Positions 28,328 to 38,847 are shown, numbered from the stretch's first letter. The stretch: DNA of 61,975 nt from Bacteroidota bacterium (GCA_005788035.1 SXZI01000029.1:1-61975); one strand, 5' to 3'. Notes: generated by a model from the sequence alone, not told the origin. Made by a program: numbers and translations.

Positions 28328-28353
28328 AGACCATAAGCTGTAGCTTATGGTCT
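28328..28353 (-). terminator. intrinsic terminator (perfect 11-bp stem, 4-nt loop), possibly bidirectional
   Basis: AGACCATAAGC-tgta-GCTTATGGTCT. The A8 run at 28321-28328 becomes a U-tract on the minus strand after the 28376 gene. It lies 5 nt after the plus-strand DUF2851 stop. Confidence 0.8.
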
Positions 28354-28375
28354 TGTATAATCGATGGTATATTTA

Positions 28376-31300
28376 TCATTGGACAATAATGCATTGCTTA
28401 CTTGTGTGCAAACCACCAATGGTGACATGAATCCAATAAGAACCGCTTGCCAATCCGGCAGGAATACCGAATTCATGTACGGTAGAAGATGAAAGCATTC
28501 CTGTGAACATTGTGTGGATCAATGAACCGGTGGATGACATCAATGAAATTGTTGCACTACCACTTTTTGTTGATTGAACAGAAAGCTTCATGTCATCTGC
28601 TTTTTGGCCAAATACAGTAACCTTGATTTCTTTTGAAGCATCAGCTATTGATTCCAATACAGAACTTGGGGGTGTGATCACCACTTTTGCGATTGCACTT
28701 GTATCAACTCCGCATTCGCCGCTAACAATAACACTGTAATCACCGGAATTTCCAGTATTTGTAACATTCAAACGATAGATGGAATCAGTAGCATTTTCGA
28801 TTTTTACTCCATCATTGAACCATTGATATGAAACCTTTGAACCAACTGCAGAAACTTTAAGCTCCAATGCTTGTCCCGATGTAAGATTCACTGATTTTGG
28901 TTGTGCCATGACTTTTGTGATTGGTTTTACAAATAGTCGTGCAGGCAAAGATTGTGTGGCTTTACATCCTGTATTGACTGTTGCAACATAATCTCCGGCA
29001 TCAGTAGCTTTTACAGCAGGTATCGTAAGAATAGAATCTCTAGCGCCTTGGATCACATTTCCATTGAAACGCCATTCATAAGTTCCTTTACCATTTCCTT
29101 TAACCAAGATTCTGAATTGTGAACCTGGGCAAAGTGAATCACCTATTGGTTGTTCAGTGATAACTGTTGATTCTCCAATCTTAAAAGTTGTATCGCTGAT
29201 ATCGCGCAGACCGGATGCAACATTGATAACTCTTGCCTTATAAACTGTTCCTCCAACAAAATCATCAGGTATTTTCCAATTGAATGAAGAACCTGGAAGA
29301 TCACGAGCAACCGTGGTCCATGTGATTCCACCATCTGATGTCAGCTGGATATTTGTTAATTCAGTGGGAGTAAGGCCTTCTTTATTCCAAGAAAAAGTCA
29401 TGTTGCTACCTGGGCAATATGTCGCATATGCACTTGGTGAACTCATGGTAAGAGAACCAAATGAATATTTTGCCACAAACCCATTCACACCTGAACCTGG
29501 ATTGGGGTTATTGCTCTCTTGATACATAGTCAAATCGGTTGATGCTGTCGTTCCGCCAACATAAATGTCGCCTCGAGTTGTTTCAATCACTGCTTTGCAT
29601 ATGTCTTCAGCAGCACCACCATAGTATGCAGAAAATGCAACATCGGTCAAATCATTGGAAAGCTTCATTAATATTCCGTCTTTAGAGCCGCCGCCATATG
29701 CATTCTCAGTTTCTTTGCTACCAATATTGGTATTACTGAAATCGCGTGAGCTTGTCCAACCTGACAGTAAAATTTGGGATGTATTTGGAATAAAATTGAT
29801 GGCGGTGGCTGATTCTGTACCTGATGTACCAAATACACCAGAATTAAGCAATGATCTACCATTTGAAGAAATTCTTGAAACAAAGATATCCAATCCGCCT
29901 TTGGCAGTGGTTGTTGTTCCTGTGGTTGGGAATGATGTAGTTGCACCAGTTCCAAATTCAGTTTCCCCACAGACGGCAACGGTACCATCATCGAGCGCTA
30001 CAAGGCCAGTGATTCTATCATTTCCATTGCCACCCAAATATCCAAGAAATTGAGTGTTTTCATCTGCATGAGTTCCTGCAAGGCCAAACTTTGCCACGAA
30101 ACCATCATCTTTTTGATTATACGTATTATCCCACGGTCTTCTTGAAGGAACTGCACCCCATCCACTTCCAGGTACAGGGTAAGCACCATTGGAGATGCCT
30201 TGACCAGTTGTACCTGCAACAAATATAGCTCCGAAGCTTGGGTCATATCCTACCCCAGTTACACGATCATCACCGTCTCCACCGATAAAGCTTGAAAAAT
30301 TGATGAGAGATCCTGAATTTCTAAATTCCATCATGAATCCATCATAATTTGCCTTCTTTAAACGCTGATATGCACCATTGTCAGTAGGAAAGTCTGATGA
30401 ATTTGTAATACCACCAACCAATAATTCGCCGGTTGGTCTGGCTGCAATTGCCAACACACGATCTTCCAATGCGCCTGGCAAGTAAGTTGAATAAACCAAT
30501 TGCGTTCCATTTGAAGAAAGTTTGGCTACAAATCCATCTGTTCCTGCCTTATATGCATCTTTCCAAGATGTGGAAAGAGGGAAGTTTGACGAACTTGTTT
30601 CTCCGCCAATAAAAATACCACCATTGAAATCTATAGTGATTGCATTGATGATGTCGTCTCCACCTCCACCGATATATGAAAGACTCAACATCGTTTGTAA
30701 TTGAGGAGAGTAGCGAATGACAATTCCATCTACGCTACCATTGAATTTTGTGTCATAAGAGCCGGAAATTTCTGGTAAATCTTCAGTCTCTGTTGATCCT
30801 GCCGCCCAAATATTACCTGCATTATCCTGAACAATGCCATTGATCGCATCAACACCAGTATTTCCGACATAAGTACTATACACCAATGGATCGATGATCA
30901 ATGTTTTTGATTTGTCATATTCATCAACAGAAAAAACGAAACCATTGCCGTCCTTTGCAAAGCCACAAGGAATGGTAACTTTCTTACCTGATTCATCAAA
31001 TTGATAAGCAATGATATTCCCGTGATTCATCACGCCAAAGCGTGTTTGTACAAGAAGAGAACCATCACTAGCTGTAGAAGCATCTGCACCGGAAAATGCA
31101 AGTTTGATCTTCGCTGGGTTGGTGCCTGGTTGCACATGGAAATCATATCTGGGATTTTGTCCATCAAAGGAATACACCATGTCGACACCGTCATAGACTT
31201 CAGGAATCTTAATGGATGTATATGTGGGTACATTGGCTTTCCAAGTTTGTGGATTATTTCCCAAGAAATAATTTACGATAGTTGGACTTTCTACTAAACC

Positions 31301-31591
31301 ATTTCCCTTAGGTATCAAAGCACCCTCGAGATTCATGGTATAAGCATGACCTTTCTTTACATGAATACCATGCATGTTTTTTTCAATTGAATATACATCA
31401 TGAATGATGCCTTTATCAGTAATCCAAATATTCATGGAAGGGGTTTTAGCCATGAATTGAATTGATTTGGGCCATTGTCCATTGTTTTGAATGAACATCC
31501 CATGCTTTTGCATATTCGCACCTGTGGCCAGACAGAGAAAAGGTAGGCAGCAACATGCGATGATTGAGCTTAGGAGTTGTCTGAATGACAT
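28376..31591 (-). CDS. large secreted protein with about 7 SBBP-type beta-propeller repeats, Ig-like domains and a T9SS C-terminal sorting domain
   Basis: Signal MSFRQLLSSIIACCCLPFLCLATG. Repeats such as GVDAINGIVQDNAGNIWAAGSTETEDLP and DGFVAKLSSNGTQLVYSTYL. Ig-like units …YEWRFNGNVIQGARDSILTIPAVKATDAGDYVATV… and …YQWFNDGVKIE…GDYSVIVSGECG…. CTD ends …GSYWIHVTIGGLHTSKQCIIVQ. Confidence 0.75.
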   Translation of the reverse strand: MSFRQLLSSIIACCCLPFLCLATGANMQKHGMFIQNNGQWPKSIQFMAKTPSMNIWITDKGIIHDVYSIEKNMHGIHVKKGHAYTMNLEGALIPKGNGLVESPTIVNYFLGNNPQTWKANVPTYTSIKIPEVYDGVDMVYSFDGQNPRYDFHVQPGTNPAKIKLAFSGADASTASDGSLLVQTRFGVMNHGNIIAYQFDESGKKVTIPCGFAKDGNGFVFSVDEYDKSKTLIIDPLVYSTYVGNTGVDAINGIVQDNAGNIWAAGSTETEDLPEISGSYDTKFNGSVDGIVIRYSPQLQTMLSLSYIGGGGDDIINAITIDFNGGIFIGGETSSSNFPLSTSWKDAYKAGTDGFVAKLSSNGTQLVYSTYLPGALEDRVLAIAARPTGELLVGGITNSSDFPTDNGAYQRLKKANYDGFMMEFRNSGSLINFSSFIGGDGDDRVTGVGYDPSFGAIFVAGTTGQGISNGAYPVPGSGWGAVPSRRPWDNTYNQKDDGFVAKFGLAGTHADENTQFLGYLGGNGNDRITGLVALDDGTVAVCGETEFGTGATTSFPTTGTTTTAKGGLDIFVSRISSNGRSLLNSGVFGTSGTESATAINFIPNTSQILLSGWTSSRDFSNTNIGSKETENAYGGGSKDGILMKLSNDLTDVAFSAYYGGAAEDICKAVIETTRGDIYVGGTTASTDLTMYQESNNPNPGSGVNGFVAKYSFGSLTMSSPSAYATYCPGSNMTFSWNKEGLTPTELTNIQLTSDGGITWTTVARDLPGSSFNWKIPDDFVGGTVYKARVINVASGLRDISDTTFKIGESTVITEQPIGDSLCPGSQFRILVKGNGKGTYEWRFNGNVIQGARDSILTIPAVKATDAGDYVATVNTGCKATQSLPARLFVKPITKVMAQPKSVNLTSGQALELKVSAVGSKVSYQWFNDGVKIENATDSIYRLNVTNTGNSGDYSVIVSGECGVDTSAIAKVVITPPSSVLESIADASKEIKVTVFGQKADDMKLSVQSTKSGSATISLMSSTGSLIHTMFTGMLSSSTVHEFGIPAGLASGSYWIHVTIGGLHTSKQCIIVQ

Positions 31592-31626
31592 AGTTGTTAA
31601 CTCCGAAATTGTATAGAAGTACATAA

Positions 31627-34485
31627 TTACCGTTGATTAATGAATGGTACTATGATAGGATTCACTGTTTGAATCTTGATCACATATAGTCCAGAAGGAA
31701 TCACATCTTTTGAAATAGATACACTCTTCCCATACATATGACCATTTACCATACCATTACCTTGCAAATTAATTATTGAATAAGGAATTACACCCATGCT
31801 ATTTTCACCTGAATTGAGGAAAATTTCAATTTTAGCGCCATTATCCACAATTCGCGCTTCTGAGAATAGGGAATTATCCCCATTTTTCACGGAAACAGGA
31901 CCTTCGATCACCTCAATAGCTTCCTTAAGATGTGTTGCCAATTCGGTTCTTACAGTATCTGCTCCAATCACTATATAGGCGATTACTGAATCATTTGGCA
32001 AAACAACTTTTTCAAACCTACCTCCGACAAACATTGCAATATCACCTGCAGACCCAAATTGTATCGAATTACCTCCATTCAGCAAGGCATTGAATTCTTC
32101 ATCCGTATATGAAAAACCAGAAGCATTGAGCCCTGCTGCTTGAGGCCTGAACGATGGTTCTGTTACAGGAGCAAAACAGAGAATTCCGACCTGAGGATTG
32201 GGTTTATTCGCAAAACGACCTTCTTTCCATGCAATCTCCGCATAGCATCGTGGCTTGATATAGTCCGGAATTGCATCTGTAAAATGTTCAACTTTATTGT
32301 CTCTACCATAATTGCCAATATCCCAATCGCCGAATAATCCAAATCCAGGATTGAATATAGGTGCATCATTCATATTGGTGAGGGTATATTTGAAGGTCAC
32401 TGAATTGGGAGCTAATTTGAATAGTTCTTGCTTTACTGAAATACCTATTTTCTCACTTCCCGGAATCAAACTATCTGTTACAATCATAAATGCTCCTTCC
32501 TTATCAGAAGCAAAACGAGTTCGTGGTTCAAATTCTGATGAAGTTGAAAAGCCGGTTATCACTTTTCCGGAGGAACCCACAACAAGTCCGCCATCATAGA
32601 GCATAGATCCGCAATCCTTCAATATGAAACCGATGCCATCAAATTGTTCATTTCCGGCACTACCAACAGTACGGTCATTGACAAAACCCAATGAAGCGTA
32701 GTCGCCTATGGAAAACAAGAGATTCTCAGTTTCAAAAGTGCAAATTGAAGGGGTTGGCCTCAAAGCAAACAATACAGCGGGCAATGGTCCGGATTCTTCT
32801 TCAATGCTTAATGAATGATAAAATTCAGCATTACTGTTTTCCTGAATAATCATGCGCAGAACAATACTCGTATCAATCGACTTCGGTGCTATGAACGGAA
32901 TAATTCTAAATGTATCCAAGAGAAGAAAGGGTTTGAAGAAATTATCGAGAGAACGTAATGTAATTGACAGACTCCTTGCAGGTATATCAGTCACATTATG
33001 GAGGTGAAGTCTAATCCGTAATGTATCACCTTTGCTTTGTCTTTGCCCTTCATTACTCCAGGTGGTTTGAATATATGCTCTGCTAGTTGGAGAGTCTTGC
33101 AAAGCACGGAAAAGATTTAATCGTCCTGGAAGAAATCCTGCAAGAAATGAGTTTGCTACATCAATGGGATCGGCGGTAGCTTTCAAATGTTCTTTAATCA
33201 CGGCCATTTCCGCATTCGGATATTTTCCTTTAACAAGGGCCGCAGCTCCGGAAATTATCGGAGCAGCAAAGGAAGTGCCGCTCATTGTGGTATAGGAGTA
33301 ATTCTCATTGTCTGTAGTGCGAACATTGAATCCCGGTGCCATGATATCAGTTGACCAACAATAGGAAGAACCATTTGATTTTACATCTGCAACATCTGTT
33401 TCACCAACAGACATCACACCTCTATAGGAAGCCGGATAAATTGGTGCTCGATTATTGTCATTGCCAGCCCCTGCTACGATTAGTACGTTTTGCTCCACGG
33501 CAAAATCAATGATGCTTTGATTGATTTCTGAATATGTATTCGCAGAACCCCAACTGCAATTCAATACTGGGAATTTTCTCATAATGCCATAGAGTATACC
33601 TTCATAGCCGAACTCAACTCTATCTGTGCCTTGCCTGCCGGCTTTGATTGGGAAAAATCGAGATTTTCCACCAACACCAGCAATTCCTTTTTGATTATTC
33701 CATGTTCCGGAGGCGACACCTGCAACCGATGTTCCATGTCCATCTGTAGAATTATATGTGTTTCCGGCAGGCGTTCCATCATTTGGCCAAGCAAGGTTAA
33801 CTCCGCGATAATCATCAGGGAATCCGTTATTGTCATCATCAATGCCATTACTTTCAATCTCTGATCGATTGAGTGCAATATTATCTTGAAGATCTTCATG
33901 TGTTTGCAAAAAGCCATTATCTATGATTCCAATGATGATGTTTGTGTCACCTTGGAAAACATCCCATGCTTCCAAAGCTTTTATAACGGGAAGAAATGTC
34001 TGACTATTGATATATGTATCATTAGGTTTCAACAATGCTTGTTCAATAAATCTTGGCTCAGCCAATTCGATGGATGAACATTCAGCTTTCATCACTTTCA
34101 ATGCTGAAAAAACAGAAATGGATTCTGTAAATGATACAATACATGTTCGAAGTAATTGATCATGTACTCTTGAAATGCCGTACTTATAGGTATCCACAGT
34201 ATTGGACTTCACTGTAAATCCATTAGGCAGAATTGAGCGAAAATTCGAAAACTTCAGATTGGGTAGCGAGGATTGAGCCAATTGCGTCTTGACATCGTCG
34301 ATTGTAAATCCGGACTTTATACGAATATTGACCATTCCTGATTGCACATGATCATCAATGACAGGTCGTGAATGCAGTTCGACTTGAAAACAAATGAGTA
34401 TGAATGCAATGGTAAGGTAGAAGTGGCTTATTTGTTGGATGAATCTGAAAGGCTTCATAATTAGTAATAGACAAAGTTTGGGCAT
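31627..34485 (-). CDS. S8 (subtilisin-family) serine peptidase with T9SS C-terminal sorting domain
   Basis: Catalytic triad motifs IGIIDNGF (Asp), DGHGTSVAGVASG (His) and MSGTSFAAPIISGAAALV (Ser). C-terminus …SGLYVIKIQTVNPIIVPFINQR. ATG at 34485 avoids overlap with the upstream stop at 34491. Confidence 0.85.
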   Translation of the reverse strand: MPKLCLLLIMKPFRFIQQISHFYLTIAFILICFQVELHSRPVIDDHVQSGMVNIRIKSGFTIDDVKTQLAQSSLPNLKFSNFRSILPNGFTVKSNTVDTYKYGISRVHDQLLRTCIVSFTESISVFSALKVMKAECSSIELAEPRFIEQALLKPNDTYINSQTFLPVIKALEAWDVFQGDTNIIIGIIDNGFLQTHEDLQDNIALNRSEIESNGIDDDNNGFPDDYRGVNLAWPNDGTPAGNTYNSTDGHGTSVAGVASGTWNNQKGIAGVGGKSRFFPIKAGRQGTDRVEFGYEGILYGIMRKFPVLNCSWGSANTYSEINQSIIDFAVEQNVLIVAGAGNDNNRAPIYPASYRGVMSVGETDVADVKSNGSSYCWSTDIMAPGFNVRTTDNENYSYTTMSGTSFAAPIISGAAALVKGKYPNAEMAVIKEHLKATADPIDVANSFLAGFLPGRLNLFRALQDSPTSRAYIQTTWSNEGQRQSKGDTLRIRLHLHNVTDIPARSLSITLRSLDNFFKPFLLLDTFRIIPFIAPKSIDTSIVLRMIIQENSNAEFYHSLSIEEESGPLPAVLFALRPTPSICTFETENLLFSIGDYASLGFVNDRTVGSAGNEQFDGIGFILKDCGSMLYDGGLVVGSSGKVITGFSTSSEFEPRTRFASDKEGAFMIVTDSLIPGSEKIGISVKQELFKLAPNSVTFKYTLTNMNDAPIFNPGFGLFGDWDIGNYGRDNKVEHFTDAIPDYIKPRCYAEIAWKEGRFANKPNPQVGILCFAPVTEPSFRPQAAGLNASGFSYTDEEFNALLNGGNSIQFGSAGDIAMFVGGRFEKVVLPNDSVIAYIVIGADTVRTELATHLKEAIEVIEGPVSVKNGDNSLFSEARIVDNGAKIEIFLNSGENSMGVIPYSIINLQGNGMVNGHMYGKSVSISKDVIPSGLYVIKIQTVNPIIVPFINQR

Positions 34486-34490
34486 TTCTG

Positions 34491-35264
34491 TTACTTTGGT
34501 AATGTACATGTTGCTACTGCTCCTGGAAGTCGAACATTCCAGAAAAGTGTTTTTTTCGTGATGGGATCAACAGCCAAAAAGGATTCTTCGGCCGTTGCCT
34601 CAAAACGAACTATGCTGAATGCTGTACAAAACAGCGTTGCCCCTTTTTGAATTCCTAATGATGAAAATTGTGCCAATGGTATTGAACATGTAGCAGAATT
34701 CAATCCTGACGGAATAATCATATCCAGGCTTGTGTATAGGTAGGAATTTCTGGTTTGCTGATCTGTCAAGACTGTATCGAAATATAGTATGACTCTACGA
34801 TCTTGATTAGCAAATGTTGCGGTTTTCCCATTGATGATCAGACTATCATTCTTGATTGTTGCTTCCAATTCATCAACGGTATAACTTGGTAATTGTGCCA
34901 AGGTCATTGGTTGAACGATGGCTGGAAGTTTTCCGTCACAACGAACGGAAAATCGCTTTGCTGAAGAATATCCTGGTTTCGAATAGACGATTGTATAAGT
35001 ACCTTGAGGAATAAGATTCAAGGTCCATTTCCCTGCAGTATCAGTGAGTGTCTCAAATCCGGTACCCTCCAATCGAACCAGTACCAGATTCTTGTTTATC
35101 TCAAATGAATTATCCTCTGCATACAGTTTTACTGATCCACGAAACTGGCTGCCCGGAGGATCTTCTGTTGAAGTCACTCTACTATCCATGCAGCCAATCA
35201 ATGAGCCAATGAACATGGCTATTGTTAAATTCAGAAGGATATGTCCTACATACTGCTTAATCAT
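34491..35264 (-). CDS. lipoprotein with carboxypeptidase-regulatory-like (CarboxypepD_reg) beta-sandwich domain
   Basis: MIKQYVGHILLNLTIAMFIGSLIGC is lipobox-like. …GTGFETLTDTAGKWTLNLIPQGTYTIVYSKPGYSS… The start could instead be 35327. Confidence 0.6.
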   Translation of the reverse strand: MIKQYVGHILLNLTIAMFIGSLIGCMDSRVTSTEDPPGSQFRGSVKLYAEDNSFEINKNLVLVRLEGTGFETLTDTAGKWTLNLIPQGTYTIVYSKPGYSSAKRFSVRCDGKLPAIVQPMTLAQLPSYTVDELEATIKNDSLIINGKTATFANQDRRVILYFDTVLTDQQTRNSYLYTSLDMIIPSGLNSATCSIPLAQFSSLGIQKGATLFCTAFSIVRFEATAEESFLAVDPITKKTLFWNVRLPGAVATCTLPK

Positions 35265-35334
35265 GGTCAAATGTAACCAATTTATTAGTTGATAAGAAGT
35301 GAATACTGTGATTGTTGATTCATACACATAACCG

Positions 35335-35342
35335 TATCTTTG
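35335..35342 (+). promoter_or_regulatory. -7 box TATCTTTG upstream of the TolB-like gene
   Basis: Perfect TAnnTTTG, 33 nt upstream of ATG 35376. Confidence 0.4.
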
Positions 35343-35375
35343 TGCTCAATTTGTTTCATATATGTATTCATAAAA

Positions 35376-36416
35376 ATGTTCAAATATCTGCTCATTGTTT
35401 TTGCCTTATTGAACGGACTCTACGCTCAGCAGAGAGTATTATCTGAATCTGAGTATATCCCACAAGAGCGACACTTAAAGAATATTCGCATGTTGACATT
35501 CGAGGGAGAGAATGCCGAAGCTTATGTTTCATTCGACAATAGGTCTTTGGTATTTCAAAGAAGGGGTTCGGAAGAATCATGTGATCAGATTTATGTAATG
35601 AGCATAGATGGCACCGGCATGAAGCGTATTTCAAATGGGCAAGGTCGCACGACATGTTCATATTTTTTGAAAGATGGCTCAATCATTTATGCAACCACAG
35701 CTTTCAATGATCCGCAATGCCCTCCATCACCTGATTTCTCAAAGGGATATGTTTGGCCTTTATATCCTACATATGACATTGTAAGGGCTGACACTTCATC
35801 AGGGAAAATAGTTTCAACCATCATAAAAGGTGCAAATTATGATGCTGAGGCAACAGTTTCTCCGGATGGAAAATCGATTGTTTATACATCAATTGTCGAT
35901 AATGACATTGAGCTGTTCACATGTTCTATCGATGGGTCAAATATTCGTAGAATAACGCATATGCCTGGTTATGATGGAGGTGCTTTTTTTAGCCCTGATG
36001 GAAAAAAAATCGTATTTCGAGCATCGCGTCCCAGCGGATCAGATTTGGAGAAATATACTTCGCTTGTCAATGAGAACCTTGTACGTCCTTCTAAGTTGGA
36101 TATTTATGTGATGGATGTAGATGGTTCGAATATCATTAGAGTGACAAATAATGGCGCAGCAAATTTTGCTCCTTTCATGCATCCTGATGGATCTCGTATT
36201 ATTTTTTGTTCCAATATGGATGATTCCAAAGGACGAAACTTTGATTTGTATTTGATAAACATAGATGGTACAGGACTTGAACGCATTACATATTCTGGTG
36301 AATTTGATGGATTCCCAATGTTTACCTCCGATGGGAAGAGCTTGGTATTTTGCTCCAATCGATTAAACAAAAAAAATGGGGACACAAATGTATTTATTGC
36401 TGATTGGTTAGATTGA
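35376..36416 (+). CDS. TolB-like periplasmic beta-propeller (PD40/WD40-like repeat) protein
   Basis: Signal MFKYLLIVFALLNGLYAQ. Repeated SPDGKSIVYTS, SPDGKKIVFRASR, HPDGSRIIFCSN and TSDGKSLVFCSNR. The ATG lies 33 nt downstream of the TATCTTTG box. Confidence 0.8.
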   Translation: MFKYLLIVFALLNGLYAQQRVLSESEYIPQERHLKNIRMLTFEGENAEAYVSFDNRSLVFQRRGSEESCDQIYVMSIDGTGMKRISNGQGRTTCSYFLKDGSIIYATTAFNDPQCPPSPDFSKGYVWPLYPTYDIVRADTSSGKIVSTIIKGANYDAEATVSPDGKSIVYTSIVDNDIELFTCSIDGSNIRRITHMPGYDGGAFFSPDGKKIVFRASRPSGSDLEKYTSLVNENLVRPSKLDIYVMDVDGSNIIRVTNNGAANFAPFMHPDGSRIIFCSNMDDSKGRNFDLYLINIDGTGLERITYSGEFDGFPMFTSDGKSLVFCSNRLNKKNGDTNVFIADWLD

Positions 36417-36437
36417 ATTTACTAATGGAATTTCTCC

Positions 36438-37745
36438 ATGCATATACAACATGAAACAAAACCCTGGTGGCATATCTCATTGACCAAACAAATCTTATTT
36501 GGATTGGTTTTTGGTATTTTTCTGGGATGGATAGCCCCAGAATTTTCTTCGTCTCTCTCGTTTATGAGAGATATCTTTTTGAATCTCATTAAGTCCATTA
36601 TTGCTCCTTTGGTGTTCTCAACCATTGTCATTGGTATTGCAGGTGGTGGTGATTTGAAGAAAGTAGGAAGAATGGGAGCCAAATCAATACTGTACTTTGA
36701 GATAGTCACGACAATTGCATTGTTTTTAGGACTTGCAGTCGTAAATATCGTTCAACCCGGTTTTGGGATTGTATTGAACGGAGACCCGGGAACGCTTGGG
36801 GCCATTGCGCAGAATCATCCCAAAACATTGATAGAAACTATTGTACATGTATTCCCATCCAGTGTTATTGATGCCATGGCAAAGGGTGATGTATTGCAAA
36901 TCGTTGCATTTTCAATCGTGTTTGCAATGGCATTGACCGCCATCGGAGAAAAGGGTAAACCAATTGTTGATATGTGTGAATCTCTTGCGCAAATCATGTT
37001 TAAATTTACTGGTTTCATTATGATGTTTGCTCCGTTCGGCGTTGGTGCCGCAATGGCAGTAACCATAAGTCATCAAGGATTGGGAGTCCTGGCAAATTTG
37101 GGGATGTTGATTATATCGTTGTATTTGGCCTTGGTATTATTTGTTGTATTCATTCTTGGTGCGGTGGTTCTGTTATTCAGGGTACCGCTCAAGCCATTTT
37201 TGAAGGCAGTTCGAGAGCCCTTTATACTAGCTTTTGTTACAACCAGTAGTGAATCTGCTTTGCCAAAGGCAATGCAAAACATGGAGCGTTTAGGTGTTCC
37301 AAAGCGCATTGTTGGTTTTGTGATGCCAACGGGATATAGTTTTAATTTGGATGGAACAACCCTCTATCTTGCAATGGCATCTGTTTTTGTTGCTCAGGCA
37401 GCAGCAACAACGATCCCTGGATTTACTTTCACTTTTGAACAACAAATCATGATGATGCTCTCGCTCATGATTACATCGAAAGGTGTTGCCGCAGTTCCAC
37501 GCGCCTCACTCGTGATATTACTTGCAACTCTGTCTTCCTTCTTACCACCTGGAATAGGCGCATTGGGTGTGGCCATGATTTTTGGCATCGATGAATTGAT
37601 GGATATGGCAAGAACTTCCGTCAACTTACTTGGTAATTGCCTTGCAACCGTTGTTATAGCTCGCTGGGAAGGTGAATTCAATGATCAAAAGGCGGAAGTA
37701 TTCGGAACCGAAGATGAAGTGATGGAATCCGCTCTTATACAATAA
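36438..37745 (+). CDS. dicarboxylate/amino acid:cation symporter (DAACS, GltP/DctA family)
   Basis: 435 aa polytopic protein. …VTTSSESALP… and …PTGYSFNLDGTTLY… are hallmark reentrant-loop motifs. Confidence 0.9.
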   Translation: MHIQHETKPWWHISLTKQILFGLVFGIFLGWIAPEFSSSLSFMRDIFLNLIKSIIAPLVFSTIVIGIAGGGDLKKVGRMGAKSILYFEIVTTIALFLGLAVVNIVQPGFGIVLNGDPGTLGAIAQNHPKTLIETIVHVFPSSVIDAMAKGDVLQIVAFSIVFAMALTAIGEKGKPIVDMCESLAQIMFKFTGFIMMFAPFGVGAAMAVTISHQGLGVLANLGMLIISLYLALVLFVVFILGAVVLLFRVPLKPFLKAVREPFILAFVTTSSESALPKAMQNMERLGVPKRIVGFVMPTGYSFNLDGTTLYLAMASVFVAQAAATTIPGFTFTFEQQIMMMLSLMITSKGVAAVPRASLVILLATLSSFLPPGIGALGVAMIFGIDELMDMARTSVNLLGNCLATVVIARWEGEFNDQKAEVFGTEDEVMESALIQ

Positions 37746-38841
37746 TCCGAGGCACTCTTGCCGAGATCGCCGTTGTGATTTCATACGGAATCGTTTGTAG
37801 TATTGTTGCCAAGTCTTCTGCGCTCTGATGGGCCTCTCCATTCTCCCCAATGAATGTGACTCTTGTACCTATCACTATATCAGCATCACCAATGTCCACC
37901 ATGCATTCATCCATGCAAATATTCCCAACAACGGGATAAAATGTCCCTTCTATTATGCAGTGGAGTTTCCCCGAAAGCCCCCTGTACAACCCATCGCCAT
38001 ATCCTATCGGAATAGTAGCTATGGTTGTGTCTTTTTCTGCAATGAATGATCTGCCATAAGAGACAGATTCTCCTTTTTTTATTCTTCTCAACGACATCAC
38101 TGCAGAATGTAATTGCAATATCGGTTTGATTTCATTGAATGAATTTGGGATAGGGGAATATCCATACATAGACAAACCGGGTCTTGCAAGCGAACCAATT
38201 TGCTCTGGGATTCGAATCATGGCAGCAGAATTACCAACATGAAACAAATCGGGTTTGATACCATGATCTAACAATGCATTCAGACATTGTTCAAAAATGT
38301 GTAATTGTTCTTCCATGAATGATGTATCTTCTGAATCAGCGGTAGCAAAGTGTGTGCACAATCCTTTGAGATGTAATCCCGGAGAGGTTATTATCAATTG
38401 TGCCATTGCAACTGCTTCCTCTGGATAGACTCCATCACGATGCATACCGGTGTCTATGAACAGATGAACATTCACTGTTTTGTGATGTTCATCAGCTTTT
38501 TCGGACAATTTCTTAACCGTATCCACATCGCAAATAATTGTCTCTATGTCAAATTGAATGATTGCATCCAATTCTTCGGGTTCAGGAGGCGTCATCAATA
38601 AAAGGGATGCATCTATTCCCGCTTTACGCAATTGAACACCTTCAGAAGCAAAAGCTATTCCCAAATACTTGATGCCTTCTTCAATGGCGATGCGTGAACA
38701 TTCAATGATACCATGACCATAAGCATTGGCTTTGACCATAGCCATGATTTCAGTGTGCGCCGATAGATGATCTTTCAAGAGTTTGATATTAGACCGAAGA
38801 GCACGGGAATCTATAATGACATGTGTGGATCGTGTATACAT
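37735..38841 (-). CDS. alr: alanine racemase
   Basis: …IMAMVKANAYGHG… (PLP-Lys) and …SVSYGR… The 3' end overlaps the convergent symporter gene by 11 nt. Confidence 0.9.
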   Translation of the reverse strand: MYTRSTHVIIDSRALRSNIKLLKDHLSAHTEIMAMVKANAYGHGIIECSRIAIEEGIKYLGIAFASEGVQLRKAGIDASLLLMTPPEPEELDAIIQFDIETIICDVDTVKKLSEKADEHHKTVNVHLFIDTGMHRDGVYPEEAVAMAQLIITSPGLHLKGLCTHFATADSEDTSFMEEQLHIFEQCLNALLDHGIKPDLFHVGNSAAMIRIPEQIGSLARPGLSMYGYSPIPNSFNEIKPILQLHSAVMSLRRIKKGESVSYGRSFIAEKDTTIATIPIGYGDGLYRGLSGKLHCIIEGTFYPVVGNICMDECMVDIGDADIVIGTRVTFIGENGEAHQSAEDLATILQTIPYEITTAISARVPRIIV

Positions 38842-38847
38842 GAAGTG

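Noticed and set aside
35268-35275. Another TAnnTTTG match (TACATTTG, minus strand) upstream of the CarboxypepD_reg lipoprotein gene
   Set aside because: It lies only 3 nt from the preferred ATG (35264) and inside the longer ORF, so it cannot serve as a -7 box for that start. It is probably coincidental, or the start assignment needs experimental data.
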